64,000 nucleotides of DNA from Verrucomicrobiota bacterium (GTDB lineage: Bacteria > Verrucomicrobiota > Verrucomicrobiia > Limisphaerales > Palsa-1400): positions 32,001 through 96,000 of the forward strand of contig JBEKYR010000001.1 of NCBI GenBank assembly GCA_049510745.1. The letters are read 5' to 3'. Below the pieces are notes generated by a model. It was not told the origin of the DNA, ran no database searches, and saw only the letters and a program-made list of their open reading frames with translations. Positions 20,997-30,519 of the stretch are shown here, piece after piece; positions within the stretch are counted from its first letter, which is position 1, and every line of letters starts with the position of its first letter. The translations under genes and the position numbers were made by a program.

Positions 20997-21032
20997 AATG
21001 GGACCAAGGGGACGAATGGGACGAATGGCTGA
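20997..21032. repeat. Degenerate 9-bp tandem repeat (AATGGGACG)
   Basis: AATGGGACC AAGGGGACG AATGGGACG AATGGCTGA. Confidence 0.7.
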
Positions 21033-21563
21033 TGCGATGGGAGAGGTCTCCGAGCCACGGGCCGGCGTTGACCGGGCCGCACTGAGCACTTTGCCTGTTG
21101 CATGTATCATTCATGCTGGCTCGATTTAAGCACAGGTCTATCAAGACGAAAAACCTACGGAAGGAAAAAAAAGCGAATTTTATGAGGGTGCGGAATGGCG
21201 GGGGCGATGTTGACCACGAAAGGCACGGAATAGACGAAAAGGGGTGCGGAATTGCCACGAAATTCCATTTCGCTGAAGCCATGGAGGACGGACAACTGGC
21301 AAAAGCCTTGGCGACTTCTTGGGAGCGCGATCGCCCCGCTGCACTCCCTATGCCACGCCCAACGCTCCGCCGCTGAAGGAAATCACTGCCCGAACCGGAG
21401 TCATCCCGCCGCGCTCCAATACGTGCGATTGCCCGCGGCAGGCGCAACTCAGGCAAACGCCAGCGTTCGCTTTGCCCGCATCCCCCACACCCGATTCTTT
21501 GACACCTGCCACCGTGCCGCGGAACGCCGCGCTTGCCCCGTGTCTGGCTTGTCTGTTACTCTC

Positions 21564-21605
21564 TGCAACGACACGGCGAAAACGATGAAAGTGAAAGTGA
21601 AATGA
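21564..21605 (+). pseudogene. Probable 3' remnant of a type III R-M methyltransferase (Mod) gene
   Basis: Encodes CNDTAKTMKVKVK*, resembling the ...GNDT.K...VKV* C-terminus of Mod-type methyltransferases; directly precedes the PIN gene. Confidence 0.4.
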
Positions 21606-21611
21606 GGGGCG

Positions 21612-22076
21612 ATGAAATTGTATATCGAAACCAGCGTGCCGAATTTCCTGTTCACGGAGGACGCGCCGGAGAAGCGCCGCGTGACGGAAGTTTTTTTTGA
21701 GTGGCTGAAGTTTTCTGAGCATAAGGTGTTCAGTTCTGAAATCGTGTTCGAGGAGTTGAGGGAAGCGCCCGAAGGCAAGCGGAACAAACTGCTGCGCGCC
21801 CTGTCGGATCTCGAACCCGCCATGATCCCGGTGACGGAGGAAGCCGCCCGATTGTGCCGGTTTTATCTCGACCGCGGCATCCTGCCGCCGCGCTATTAGA
21901 ACGATGCCATTCAAATCGCACTGTGCGTCTGCCAGGAAATGGATTTTCTGGTGACCTGGAACATGCGGCACATGGCGAATGTATTCCGGCAGGAAAAAAT
22001 CAACCGGGCGAACTTGGAATTTGGCCTGGATGCGATTAAAATAGTGACACCGGAGCATCTGATTTATGAGGACTAA
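21612..22076 (+). pseudogene. PIN-domain (VapC-like) protein interrupted by an in-frame TAG at 21897-21899
   Basis: MKLYIETSV...; after the TAG the same frame continues NDAIQIALCVCQEMDFLVTWNMRHMAN...IVTPEHLIYED*, completing a typical PIN domain. Confidence 0.85.
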
Positions 22077-22485
22077 AGAAGCAGAAGTGACGCGCGAAAT
22101 CCGCGCGGTGCGCGACCGGATGGCGCGACGGGTGGAGCAGGAAGGCATCTTCGCGTTTTACGCTTCATTGGAAGGACGCGCCGCGAAGCTGATGGCACAG
22201 CACCGCTCCCCGCAGCGCGCGGCGCGGCCCCGCAGCATCCAGGCCAGAAAAGCAATGCGCCGCGCCTTGGTGGACGCGCTGCCGGAACCCGGGGCGATCC
22301 AGGAAATCCGTCGCATCCGTGAAGAAATGCTCGCGGAAGAAAAACGCGTCGGCAGTGACAAGTATTGGGCGGAAGCCAACCGGCAGGGCAAGGAGTTTGC
22401 CCGCCGGCATGGGCTGAAATATGTGGAGTCACCGTCGAGCGCTGATGTTCTGCACGACAAACCCGCAAAACACAAAGTCCACTGA
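22066..22485 (+). CDS. Small basic protein overlapping the PIN gene (probable antitoxin-like partner; internally duplicated)
   Basis: Overlaps the PIN 3' end; two similar blocks EIRAVRDRMARRVEQEG and EIRRIREEMLAEEKRVG. Confidence 0.6.
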   Translation: MRTKEAEVTREIRAVRDRMARRVEQEGIFAFYASLEGRAAKLMAQHRSPQRAARPRSIQARKAMRRALVDALPEPGAIQEIRRIREEMLAEEKRVGSDKYWAEANRQGKEFARRHGLKYVESPSSADVLHDKPAKHKVH

Positions 22486-22494
22486 CGAACCGCG

Positions 22495-22635
22495 ATGCCA
22501 CGCAAAAAGAAAGACGCCGTTGACCAACCCGCTTTGCTGGAAGCGCGAGTTTCAACCGCGCCGTGCCTGCCGGCCATCCGCGAGAAGGTCAAGGCGTCGC
22601 TTTGCCCTGATTCCAAAACCCGTCCACCATCATGA
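22495..22635 (+). pseudogene. Probable 5' remnant of a type III restriction (Res) helicase gene
   Basis: MPRKKKDAVDQPALLEARVSTAPCLPAIREKVKA resembles the N-terminus of type III Res-like helicases; similarity stops just before the istB fragment. Confidence 0.5.
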
Positions 22636-23544
22636 CCAGCAACCGGCCACTGGAGGAATGGGGCAAACTCCAGGGCGACGTGCCCATGGCCGGTGCGATC
22701 CTGGACGGTTTCCTGCACCACGCCCAGACCATTGCCATTGCCGGAAAGGAGGACCAAGCAAGAAGATCAAATCCAAGCCCAACGACCCAGGCTGCGCCGG
22801 AGGCTTCGCCGAGGCGAGACCTTTGACCGCAGAACCGGCGAGCTGAATGGCTCACAACCGGTTCTGCTCGTTTTACTTTGCTGCTGGCCGATTATGAAAA
22901 ACGCTCGATTTTCGCCGCAAATCGGCCATACTGGGCGCACCGTTTCAATATACAAAACAACCGTTGTACGATAAACATCAAGCGGCATACGGCTCGATGA
23001 GGATCACAACCTTCCAGCAGACATCGCACATCCGTGCTTACTGGTATGCGTGGCTTGGCATTGCAGCGGTGGCACTTGTGTTGCGTTTCACAGTGTTCCT
23101 CGGAGCCAGCGAGCAGCGACTTTTCGGCCTCGCCACTGCCTATATGATTAGCACATGGTTGCCAATTATTGCATTAAACCTCGTCGAGGGGCGCCGTCTG
23201 ACTGCATACCTGAGAATTCATCACCCTCAGCAGTGGGAGCAGATTAGCTATATTTCATTTCTGGGTTTCGCGGGTCGCAACGGGTTCCGGGAGACGCGCT
23301 GGCTTTATTCACAAGACGATTTCGGCGATCCTGTCGTCGCCAGCATGAAAAAAGAACGCCGGAGATTCATCCGCTGGGTGCTTACCGTATTCTTCAGCTA
23401 CATCGTGATGATGCCAGTGTTGCTGGGCCTATGAATAAGCTGCCTCAGCAGACATGAAGCAATTGAATAGCCCCTTGCTTGCATCAAGAAACCTCCTATG
23501 AATAAAGCACCTCGGAGTGGCCGGTTTTCAACCGCTCGGTGACA
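22620..23544 (+). mobile_element. istB: IS21-family remnant: istB 3' fragment, passenger gene and right terminal IR
   Basis: TIMTSNRPLEEWGKLQGDVPMAGAILDGFLHHAQTIAIAG (about 22626-22750) is the IstB C-terminal signature; 23516-23544 reverse-complements to TGTCACCGAGCGGTTGAAAACCGGCCACT, an IS21-type TG...CA end. Confidence 0.75.
22997..23434 (+). CDS. Small membrane protein (IS passenger, lower GC)
   Basis: About 3 hydrophobic helices; visibly more AT-rich than its neighbours. Confidence 0.65.
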   Translation: MRITTFQQTSHIRAYWYAWLGIAAVALVLRFTVFLGASEQRLFGLATAYMISTWLPIIALNLVEGRRLTAYLRIHHPQQWEQISYISFLGFAGRNGFRETRWLYSQDDFGDPVVASMKKERRRFIRWVLTVFFSYIVMMPVLLGL

Positions 23545-23646
23545 CATTTTGGGTGAGTCCCCAAGCACATCGCTCGTCATTCGGCTGAAAACAAGCCCGC
23601 CCTATTCCGGCGTGCATCTGTTGAAGAATTCGGTGATGCTTGAGGG

Positions 23647-26394
23647 ATGATGAAATGCGTGTTCAGGGTTTTCACGGCGGCGGGGCTGTTTTTGTGCCTG
23701 GGATTGGGGATGGCCGGTTCGGCTTCGGCGAAGCTGGCCCCGGTTGATTTGCAGTGCGAATACGCCGCGGACCCGTTGGGAATTGACGTGCCCGCGCCGC
23801 GCCTGTTCTGGAAACTGGCCGGCACAACCCGCGGCGAGCAACAGGGCGCTTACCAGGTGGTTGTCGCGACGTCGGAGCGGGCGCTGGCGCGGAACACCGG
23901 CGTCCTCTGGGATAGCGGCAAGGTGGTTTCGGACGAGTCAATCCAGATTCCCTACGCCGGCCAGCCACTGGAGTCCTCGCAGCAGGTGTTCTGGAAGGTG
24001 CGCGTCTGGGAGCAGCACGATAAAGCGTCGCGGTGGAGCAAACCGGCGTGCTGGACGATGGGGGTGTTGAAGGAAGCGGATTGGAAAGCCAGTTGGCTCG
24101 GCGCCCCGCGCGCGGCGGCGACGAATCACAACTGCGAGACCCTGCTGTTGCGGCGCGAATTCGCCGTGAAATCCGGGCTGCGCCGCGCGCTCGCCCATGT
24201 CTGCGGCTTGGGTCAATACGAACTTTTTCTCAACGGCGCGAAGGCCGGAGACGATCTGCTCTCTCCCGGCTGGACCAAGTACGACAAGACCTGCCTCTAC
24301 GAGACGCGCGACATCACGGCTCTGCTGCGCAAGGGCACTAACGCGTTCGGCCTGCTGCTCGGCAACGGGATGTACAACGTCGCGCCAGGTCGTTACACGA
24401 AGTTCACGGGCTCGTTCGGTCCGCTCAAAGCCATTGCCCAGGTGCGCCTGGATTACACCGACGGCACGACGGAAATCCTCGGCACGGATGAGCAGTGGCG
24501 GGTCGCTCCCGGCCCGATCACGTTTTCGTCCGTCTATGGCGGCGAAGATTACGACGCGCGACTGGAGCCGCGCGGCTGGAACCGGCCGGGCTTTGACGAT
24601 GCGCAATGGGAACGGGCGGCCGTGGTGGAAGGTCCGGGCGGAGAGCTTCGAGGGTTTTCGTGCGCCGCGCCGCCGTTGCGCGCGATGGAGACGCTCCGGC
24701 CGGTGCGGGCAAATCCACTTCAGAGCAATGTCACCGTCTATGATCTTGGGCAGAATGCGCCCATCATGGTTTGGTTGAAGGCGCATGGGCCGCCGGGTTC
24801 GAGCGTCCGGGTGATCCCGGCGGAGTTGCTGAAGGAAGACGGTTCAGTGGATCGCAAATCGTGTGCTCCTCCTGGCGGGGGGCCGGCGTGGTGGCAATAC
24901 ACGCTGGCCGGCGACGGTGAAGAGACTTGGTTCCCGAAGTTTTTTTATCATGGCTGCCGTTATTTGCAGGCGCAACGCTCGCCGGCGCCGGGCGGCACTG
25001 AGCTTCCCGTGGTGGATGCCATCGACGGTGTGGTGGTGCATTCGGTTTCCAGGCCGGTGGGTGAGTTCGCCTGCTCCAACGAGTTGTTCAACCGCATCCA
25101 TGCGCTCATCCGCTGGGCGCAGCGCGCGAACATGGTCAGCGTGTTGACAGATTGTCCGCACCGCGAGCGGCTGGGCTGGCTGGAGCAGTATCACTTGAAC
25201 GGCCCGTCGCTGCGTTATGAATTTGACCTCGCGCGCCTTTTCGCCAAAGGGATGAACGACATGGCGGACTCGCAATTGCCCGACGGACTGGTGCCCGACA
25301 TCGCGCCCGAATATACTGTTTTCCCCGGGGGTTATCGCGACTCACCGGAGTGGGGCAGCGCCTTCGTGATCGTGCCCTGGCAGCAATATCAGTTTACCGG
25401 CGACCGGGATTTGCTCCGGCGTTACTACGAGGGGATGAAACGCTACGTGGCCTATTTGGGCGCCAAGGCCAGCAACCAGATCGTGTCGCACGGTTTGGGC
25501 GATTGGTACGACATTGGCCCCGGACGGCTTGGCGAAGCGCAATTAACTCCGAAAGCTCTGACGGCCACGGCGTTTTACTATTATGACACCTGGATTCTTT
25601 CGCAGACGGCTGCGCTGCTGGGCAAAACCGGCGAAGCCGGGGAATTCACCCGGCAGGCCGAAGACATCCGCGCGGCCTTCAACCAAAAGTTTTTCAACCC
25701 GGCCAATGGCAGTTATGCCACAGGCTCGCAGTGTGCCAATGCGATTCCCCTGGTGATGAACCTGGTCGAACCCGCCCACCGCGGCGCGGTCCTGGATGCC
25801 CTTGTGGCGGATGTGCGCAAGCGCGGCAATGCCATCACCGCCGGCGACGTGGGCTACCGCTATTTGCTGCGCGCGCTGGCGGAGGGCGGCCGTTCGGACG
25901 TGATCTTCGACATGAACAATCAGTCGGACAAACCGGGTTACGGCTACCAATTAAAGATGGGCGCGACCAGCCTGACCGAAGCCTGGAACGCGGATCGCGG
26001 CTCATCGCAAAATCATTTCATGCTCGGCCAGATCATGGAGTGGTTCTATGCCGACCTGGCGGGCATCGCCCCCGATCCCGCCGGACCCGGATTCAAAAAA
26101 ATCCTGCTTCGCCCCCAGCCGGTGGGCGACGTGGCCTGGGTCAAGTGCGCTTACGATTCCGTGCGCGGCCGAATCGAGTCCGATTGGAAACGGACGCATG
26201 GCAGATTCAAATGGACGGTGACAATTCCGGCCAATACGACCGCCACGGTTTTCGTGCCGACGCGGCGGGCCGAGAGCGTGACGGAAGGCGGAGACGTTGC
26301 CGCGAAGTCGCCCAACGTGCGGTTCCTGCGGCAGGAAAACGGCCGCGCCGTCTATGAAATCGGTTCCGGCACTTATCAATTTGCCTCCGACTGA
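23647..26394 (+). CDS. Secreted alpha-L-rhamnosidase (GH78)
   Basis: Signal peptide; GEDYDAR, DLGQN, TDCPHRERLGW, GDW, GATSLTEAW, SQNHFMLG. Confidence 0.92.
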   Translation: MMKCVFRVFTAAGLFLCLGLGMAGSASAKLAPVDLQCEYAADPLGIDVPAPRLFWKLAGTTRGEQQGAYQVVVATSERALARNTGVLWDSGKVVSDESIQIPYAGQPLESSQQVFWKVRVWEQHDKASRWSKPACWTMGVLKEADWKASWLGAPRAAATNHNCETLLLRREFAVKSGLRRALAHVCGLGQYELFLNGAKAGDDLLSPGWTKYDKTCLYETRDITALLRKGTNAFGLLLGNGMYNVAPGRYTKFTGSFGPLKAIAQVRLDYTDGTTEILGTDEQWRVAPGPITFSSVYGGEDYDARLEPRGWNRPGFDDAQWERAAVVEGPGGELRGFSCAAPPLRAMETLRPVRANPLQSNVTVYDLGQNAPIMVWLKAHGPPGSSVRVIPAELLKEDGSVDRKSCAPPGGGPAWWQYTLAGDGEETWFPKFFYHGCRYLQAQRSPAPGGTELPVVDAIDGVVVHSVSRPVGEFACSNELFNRIHALIRWAQRANMVSVLTDCPHRERLGWLEQYHLNGPSLRYEFDLARLFAKGMNDMADSQLPDGLVPDIAPEYTVFPGGYRDSPEWGSAFVIVPWQQYQFTGDRDLLRRYYEGMKRYVAYLGAKASNQIVSHGLGDWYDIGPGRLGEAQLTPKALTATAFYYYDTWILSQTAALLGKTGEAGEFTRQAEDIRAAFNQKFFNPANGSYATGSQCANAIPLVMNLVEPAHRGAVLDALVADVRKRGNAITAGDVGYRYLLRALAEGGRSDVIFDMNNQSDKPGYGYQLKMGATSLTEAWNADRGSSQNHFMLGQIMEWFYADLAGIAPDPAGPGFKKILLRPQPVGDVAWVKCAYDSVRGRIESDWKRTHGRFKWTVTIPANTTATVFVPTRRAESVTEGGDVAAKSPNVRFLRQENGRAVYEIGSGTYQFASD

Positions 26395-26404
26395 GCATGC
26401 CCTT

Positions 26405-28000
26405 ATGAAACGATGGCGCCATCACTGGCCTGTCCTGGCCCTGGTGCTGGTTCTTCTGTTTGTCACGGCGGTCCGGTGGCGGGTGCGGGCGATGCCGCTG
26501 GAACGGGACGAGGGAGAGTACGCCTATGCCGGACAATTGATGCTCGACGGCATCCCGCCTTACCGGTGGCTTTACAACTTCAAGATGCCCGGCATCTACG
26601 CGGCCTACGCCTTGATCATGGCCGTCTTCGGGCAAACGCCATCGGGCATTCACGTGGGCTTCCTGCTGGCCAACCTGGCGGCGATTGTCTTGACGTATCG
26701 GCTGTCCCGGCGGTTCCTCGATCCGCCCGCGGCGGCGGCGGCCGCGGCGACCTACGCGCTCTTGTCGCTGAGCCAGGGCGTGGTCGGAATGGCCGCGCAC
26801 GCGACGCACCTGGTGGTGCTGGCGGCCCTGGGGGGGTTGATTCTGCTCTTGCGCGGGCAGGAACGGGGCCGGCTGGGAACGTTTTTCTGGAGCGGCGCGC
26901 TCTGCGGCGTTGCCTTTTTGATGAAGCAACCGGGGGGCGCCTTTGCCTTCCTGGGGCTGTCGGTGCTGGCCTGGGCCGCATGGCGGGAGCGGCCCGTCTC
27001 CTGGGGGAAGCACGGAGGCAGGATGGCGGCGTTTGCGACCGGGGCGCTGGCGCCGGTATTGTTGACGTTCTGGCTGTTGTGGCGGGCGGGGGTCTGGGCC
27101 AAGTTTTGGTTCTGGACGGTGACCTATGCGCGGGTTCACGCGACGCTGGCGCCCTGGTCGTTTGGCCGGGAAAGATTGGCCGTCTTTTTTGGCGGCTTGG
27201 GATGGGACGCGGTCTTCTGGGTCTGGGCCGCGTTGGGCCTGGGCTGTGTGCTGGCCGCGAAGAAGGGCGACAAGCGATTCTTTCCGGTGGCGCTGCTGGC
27301 CTTTTCGGTCGCCGCGGTTTGCCCAACGTTCCATTTTTATCCGCATTACTTTGTCCTGCTGCTGCCAGCGATTGCGCTCTTGACAGGCGAGGCGCTGGCG
27401 GCGGCGGCGGAGCGGAAGGCGCCGTGGATTTTCTTCGCCGCCTGCTGGGTTTTTCTCGTCGCGATCCATCGGGAAGCCTTCTTCAAGTGGAAACCGGACC
27501 AGGTCAGCGGCTTTACTTACTGGCGGAACGCCTTCCAGGTCTATCCACCCATCGGCGAATACCTGAAAACAAACACGCCCGCCGGGGCGACGCTGGCGGT
27601 GCTCGGCTCCGAGCCGGAACTGTTGTTTTACGCGCACCGGCGCTCGGTCACGGGCTACATTTACATGTACGACGTGGTCGAGGACCAGCCGCTGCGCGAG
27701 CAAATGGAGCGCGAAATGATCGGCGAAGTGGAGCGGGGCCGCCCGGACTTCGTGATTTTCGTCAACTCGGGCCTGTCGTGGATACCCTCGCGTTCCGAGG
27801 ATTTCGAGGCCATCAAGCAGTGGATGGAGCAGTACACCGACAAGTTCTACGAACCTTACGGTTTGGCGACTTTTCCTCCCTACACCATCTATTGGGGCAA
27901 GGGCAGTTTTCAGCGTGTGCCGTCCGCGCAAAGGTTTGTCTGGATTTTCAAGCGGAAGGGAAACGACAATCCCGCCCTGCGGGGCGGTCATAATTCGTGA
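26405..28000 (+). CDS. GT-C fold membrane glycosyltransferase (ArnT/PMT-like)
   Basis: PLERDEGEYAYAG acidic loop after TM1; KMPG; many TM helices; LMKQP; YPHYF. Confidence 0.85.
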   Translation: MKRWRHHWPVLALVLVLLFVTAVRWRVRAMPLERDEGEYAYAGQLMLDGIPPYRWLYNFKMPGIYAAYALIMAVFGQTPSGIHVGFLLANLAAIVLTYRLSRRFLDPPAAAAAAATYALLSLSQGVVGMAAHATHLVVLAALGGLILLLRGQERGRLGTFFWSGALCGVAFLMKQPGGAFAFLGLSVLAWAAWRERPVSWGKHGGRMAAFATGALAPVLLTFWLLWRAGVWAKFWFWTVTYARVHATLAPWSFGRERLAVFFGGLGWDAVFWVWAALGLGCVLAAKKGDKRFFPVALLAFSVAAVCPTFHFYPHYFVLLLPAIALLTGEALAAAAERKAPWIFFAACWVFLVAIHREAFFKWKPDQVSGFTYWRNAFQVYPPIGEYLKTNTPAGATLAVLGSEPELLFYAHRRSVTGYIYMYDVVEDQPLREQMEREMIGEVERGRPDFVIFVNSGLSWIPSRSEDFEAIKQWMEQYTDKFYEPYGLATFPPYTIYWGKGSFQRVPSAQRFVWIFKRKGNDNPALRGGHNS

Positions 28001-28061
28001 CATGGGCCGTTGCCGGTAGTACCTTCGCCAAATTGGAGCCGGCACGCTCTGTTCCCTGTCG

Positions 28062-29540
28062 ATGCGAACCAACAGCATTGTTTATTTGGTCTATGCCGCG
28101 ATTTTAATCGGTTGCGGGTTTGGAATCTATTTGACACTCCAGGCGGGCGGACGCCTGGAGCCGCGGCCAGCCGTCGCGGGAACGGCCGCGGCGCCGCCGT
28201 CTCCGCCGGCAGCGGGCGTTGCGAGCGGCGCCGGGCGGGAGGCCGGGATCGGGCGTTTGTCGCAGGGGATGCGTGAGAATCTGCGCGAGCCGTTGAGCCT
28301 GCTGCTGATCCAGTTGATCCTGATCGTGGTGCTGGCGCGGTTGTTTGGGGCGTTTTTTGTTCGCCTGGGCCAGCCGGCCGTAATCGGGGAGATGATTGCG
28401 GGGATGGTTTTGGGACCTTCCGTGGCGGGGGCGCTGTTTCCCGGACCGTTTCATTTCGTTTTTGCGTCCGATTCGCTGGCGGCGCTGCGCATGCTCAGCC
28501 AAGTGGGGGTGATCCTGTTCATGTTTATGGTGGGGATGGAGCTGGAGTTGAAACAAATTCGCAGCCAGGCCCGGACGGCGGTCATGGTAAGCCACGTCGG
28601 CATCGTCTTTCCCTATTTTCTCGGCGTGCTCTTTTCCTTCTTCATTTATCCCTCGTATGCCGCGGGGCGGACGACCTTTCCTGCGTTCGCGTTGTTCATG
28701 GGCATCGCCATGAGCATCACCGCCTTCCCGGTGTTGGCGCGCATTATTGACGAGCGGGGGTTGACCAAGTCGCCGTTGGGGACGATGGCGCTGACGTGCG
28801 CGGCCGTCAATGACGTGACGGCGTGGGCCATCCTGGCGTTCGTGGTGGCCTCGGTGAAATCCGAGAGCGCCGGCAGTTGTTGGCTGACCCTCGCGCTGCT
28901 GCTCGTGTTTGTGGGCGCCATGCTGTTCCTGATCAAGCCGCTGCTGCGGCGTCTCCTCTTGGCCGGGGCGCGCGGGGTTGACGGCCCCACGCGCAACACG
29001 GTGGTCGTGAGCCTGGTGGTGGTGTTTGCCGCCGGGCTGTTCACGGAGGTGATTGGGATTCATCCGTTGTTCGGAGCCTTCATGGCGGGCGCGTGCATGC
29101 CCCAAGCGTCGCAGTTTCGGCTGCGCCTGCGGGAACGCCTGGAGAGTTTCAGCTCCGCTTTTCTGCTGCCCCTGTTTTTCGCCTTCACCGGACTGCGCAC
29201 CGAGGTGGGCCTGTTGAACGACTGGGAAAGCGTGGGCCTTTGCCTGGGGCTTGTCCTGGTGGCCACGCTGGGGAAGTTGGGCGGCAGCCTGCTGGCGGCG
29301 CGCTGGACGGGCATGGGCTGGCACGACTCGTTCGCTTTGGGAGCGTTGATGAACACGCGCGGCCTGGTGGAATTGATCGTGCTGAACATCGGATTCGACC
29401 TGGGCATCCTTTCCCCCCGGGTCTTCACCATGATGGTCATCATGGCCCTGGTCACCACCTGCATGACCGGGCCGTTGCTTTCCCTGGGAAGCCTGCGGCG
29501 GCGCAACGGCCCCGCGCCGGTCTCCGTGCCGCCGGCTTAA
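28062..29540 (+). CDS. Cation:proton antiporter (CPA2)
   Basis: QPAVIGEMIAG..LGPS, SITAFPVLARI, AAVND, LMNTRGLVEL. Confidence 0.93.
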   Translation: MRTNSIVYLVYAAILIGCGFGIYLTLQAGGRLEPRPAVAGTAAAPPSPPAAGVASGAGREAGIGRLSQGMRENLREPLSLLLIQLILIVVLARLFGAFFVRLGQPAVIGEMIAGMVLGPSVAGALFPGPFHFVFASDSLAALRMLSQVGVILFMFMVGMELELKQIRSQARTAVMVSHVGIVFPYFLGVLFSFFIYPSYAAGRTTFPAFALFMGIAMSITAFPVLARIIDERGLTKSPLGTMALTCAAVNDVTAWAILAFVVASVKSESAGSCWLTLALLLVFVGAMLFLIKPLLRRLLLAGARGVDGPTRNTVVVSLVVVFAAGLFTEVIGIHPLFGAFMAGACMPQASQFRLRLRERLESFSSAFLLPLFFAFTGLRTEVGLLNDWESVGLCLGLVLVATLGKLGGSLLAARWTGMGWHDSFALGALMNTRGLVELIVLNIGFDLGILSPRVFTMMVIMALVTTCMTGPLLSLGSLRRRNGPAPVSVPPA

Positions 29541-29604
29541 GGGTTGTCCATGATCTCTTGTTCCCGTTGACGAGCGCGGAGCAAAGCGTTAGTGTAAGTA
29601 CATT

Positions 29605-29916
29605 GTGAGTACGAGAACCGTTAACCGGCGTCCTGTGCGGCGCAACCGTGTCACCTCCGCGCGGGTCAATCTGCGGATAGATCCCAAAGTAAAGGCTTTG
29701 CTGATGAAGGCGGCCGGCCTGCAGCGGGTCAAGCTTACGGAATTCATGCTCGGCGCCTCGCGCTCCGCCGCGGAAGCCACGCTGGCGGAACGCAGCCGGT
29801 TTGTGCTGTCCCCCCGCCGGTGGCGGGAGTTTAACGCGGCATTGGATGCGGCGCCCCGTGAGATCACGGCCTTGCGCAAGCTTTTCAGCGAGTCTTCAGT
29901 GTTGGAACCCGCATGA
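29605..29916 (+). CDS. DUF1778/TacA-type RHH antitoxin
   Basis: RVNLRI...KAAGL....LTEFM...FNAALDAAP; 4-bp overlap with the GNAT toxin. Confidence 0.85.
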   Translation: MSTRTVNRRPVRRNRVTSARVNLRIDPKVKALLMKAAGLQRVKLTEFMLGASRSAAEATLAERSRFVLSPRRWREFNAALDAAPREITALRKLFSESSVLEPA

Positions 29917-30422
29917 GTTTTTCGCCGCCTGCGCTCATCACTGCGGGAGACAAGGTCGAGGCTTTCGACTGCGGCGAGGAGTCCCTAAACCATTACCTGA
30001 AGCGGTTTGCGTTGACAAATACGGCAGCCGGCATCGCGCGAACGTATGTAACGATAGTCAGCGGCGAGGCATCGGTGATCGGCTATTACTCGCTGACGGC
30101 CGGTTCAGTCGTGAAGGCCAGCGTTCCCGCGCGTATTGCCAAAGGCATTCCAAGTCACCCCGTCCCGGTGGTCTTGCTGGCGCGGTTGGCGGTAGATCGG
30201 CGGTTTCAGAGGCAGGGAATTGGCAAGGGCCTGTTGAAAGATGCGTTGCGACGGTCTCTTTCAGCCGCGGAGGTCATTGGAATTCGCGCGATTCTGGTTC
30301 ACGCGAAAGACCCGCAGGCGGCCGCTTTCTACGGAAGATTTGGATTTGTGCCGTCGCCGACCGATGCACTTCACTTGATGCTCTTGATGAAAGACCTTCG
30401 GCAGACGTTTGGAGCGGCGTAG
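29913..30422 (+). CDS. GNAT acetyltransferase toxin (AtaT/TacT-like)
   Basis: FDCGEESLNHYL, PVVLLARLAVD, QRQGIGKGLL, AAAFYGRFGF. Confidence 0.9.
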   Translation: MSFSPPALITAGDKVEAFDCGEESLNHYLKRFALTNTAAGIARTYVTIVSGEASVIGYYSLTAGSVVKASVPARIAKGIPSHPVPVVLLARLAVDRRFQRQGIGKGLLKDALRRSLSAAEVIGIRAILVHAKDPQAAAFYGRFGFVPSPTDALHLMLLMKDLRQTFGAA

Positions 30423-30519
30423 TCGCGCTTCCTGGAAGGAGAGGGGGACAGAGCACGAGGCCAAGCAGCGTCCCGTCATCTCAGGGCCGACTGCAAGGTC
30501 GTGCAAAAACGCCTTGCGC

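Noticed and set aside
21897..21899. Pyrrolysine or recoded TAG
   Set aside because: No pyl genes here, and TAG terminates other genes normally (miaB, GNAT toxin, VapC)
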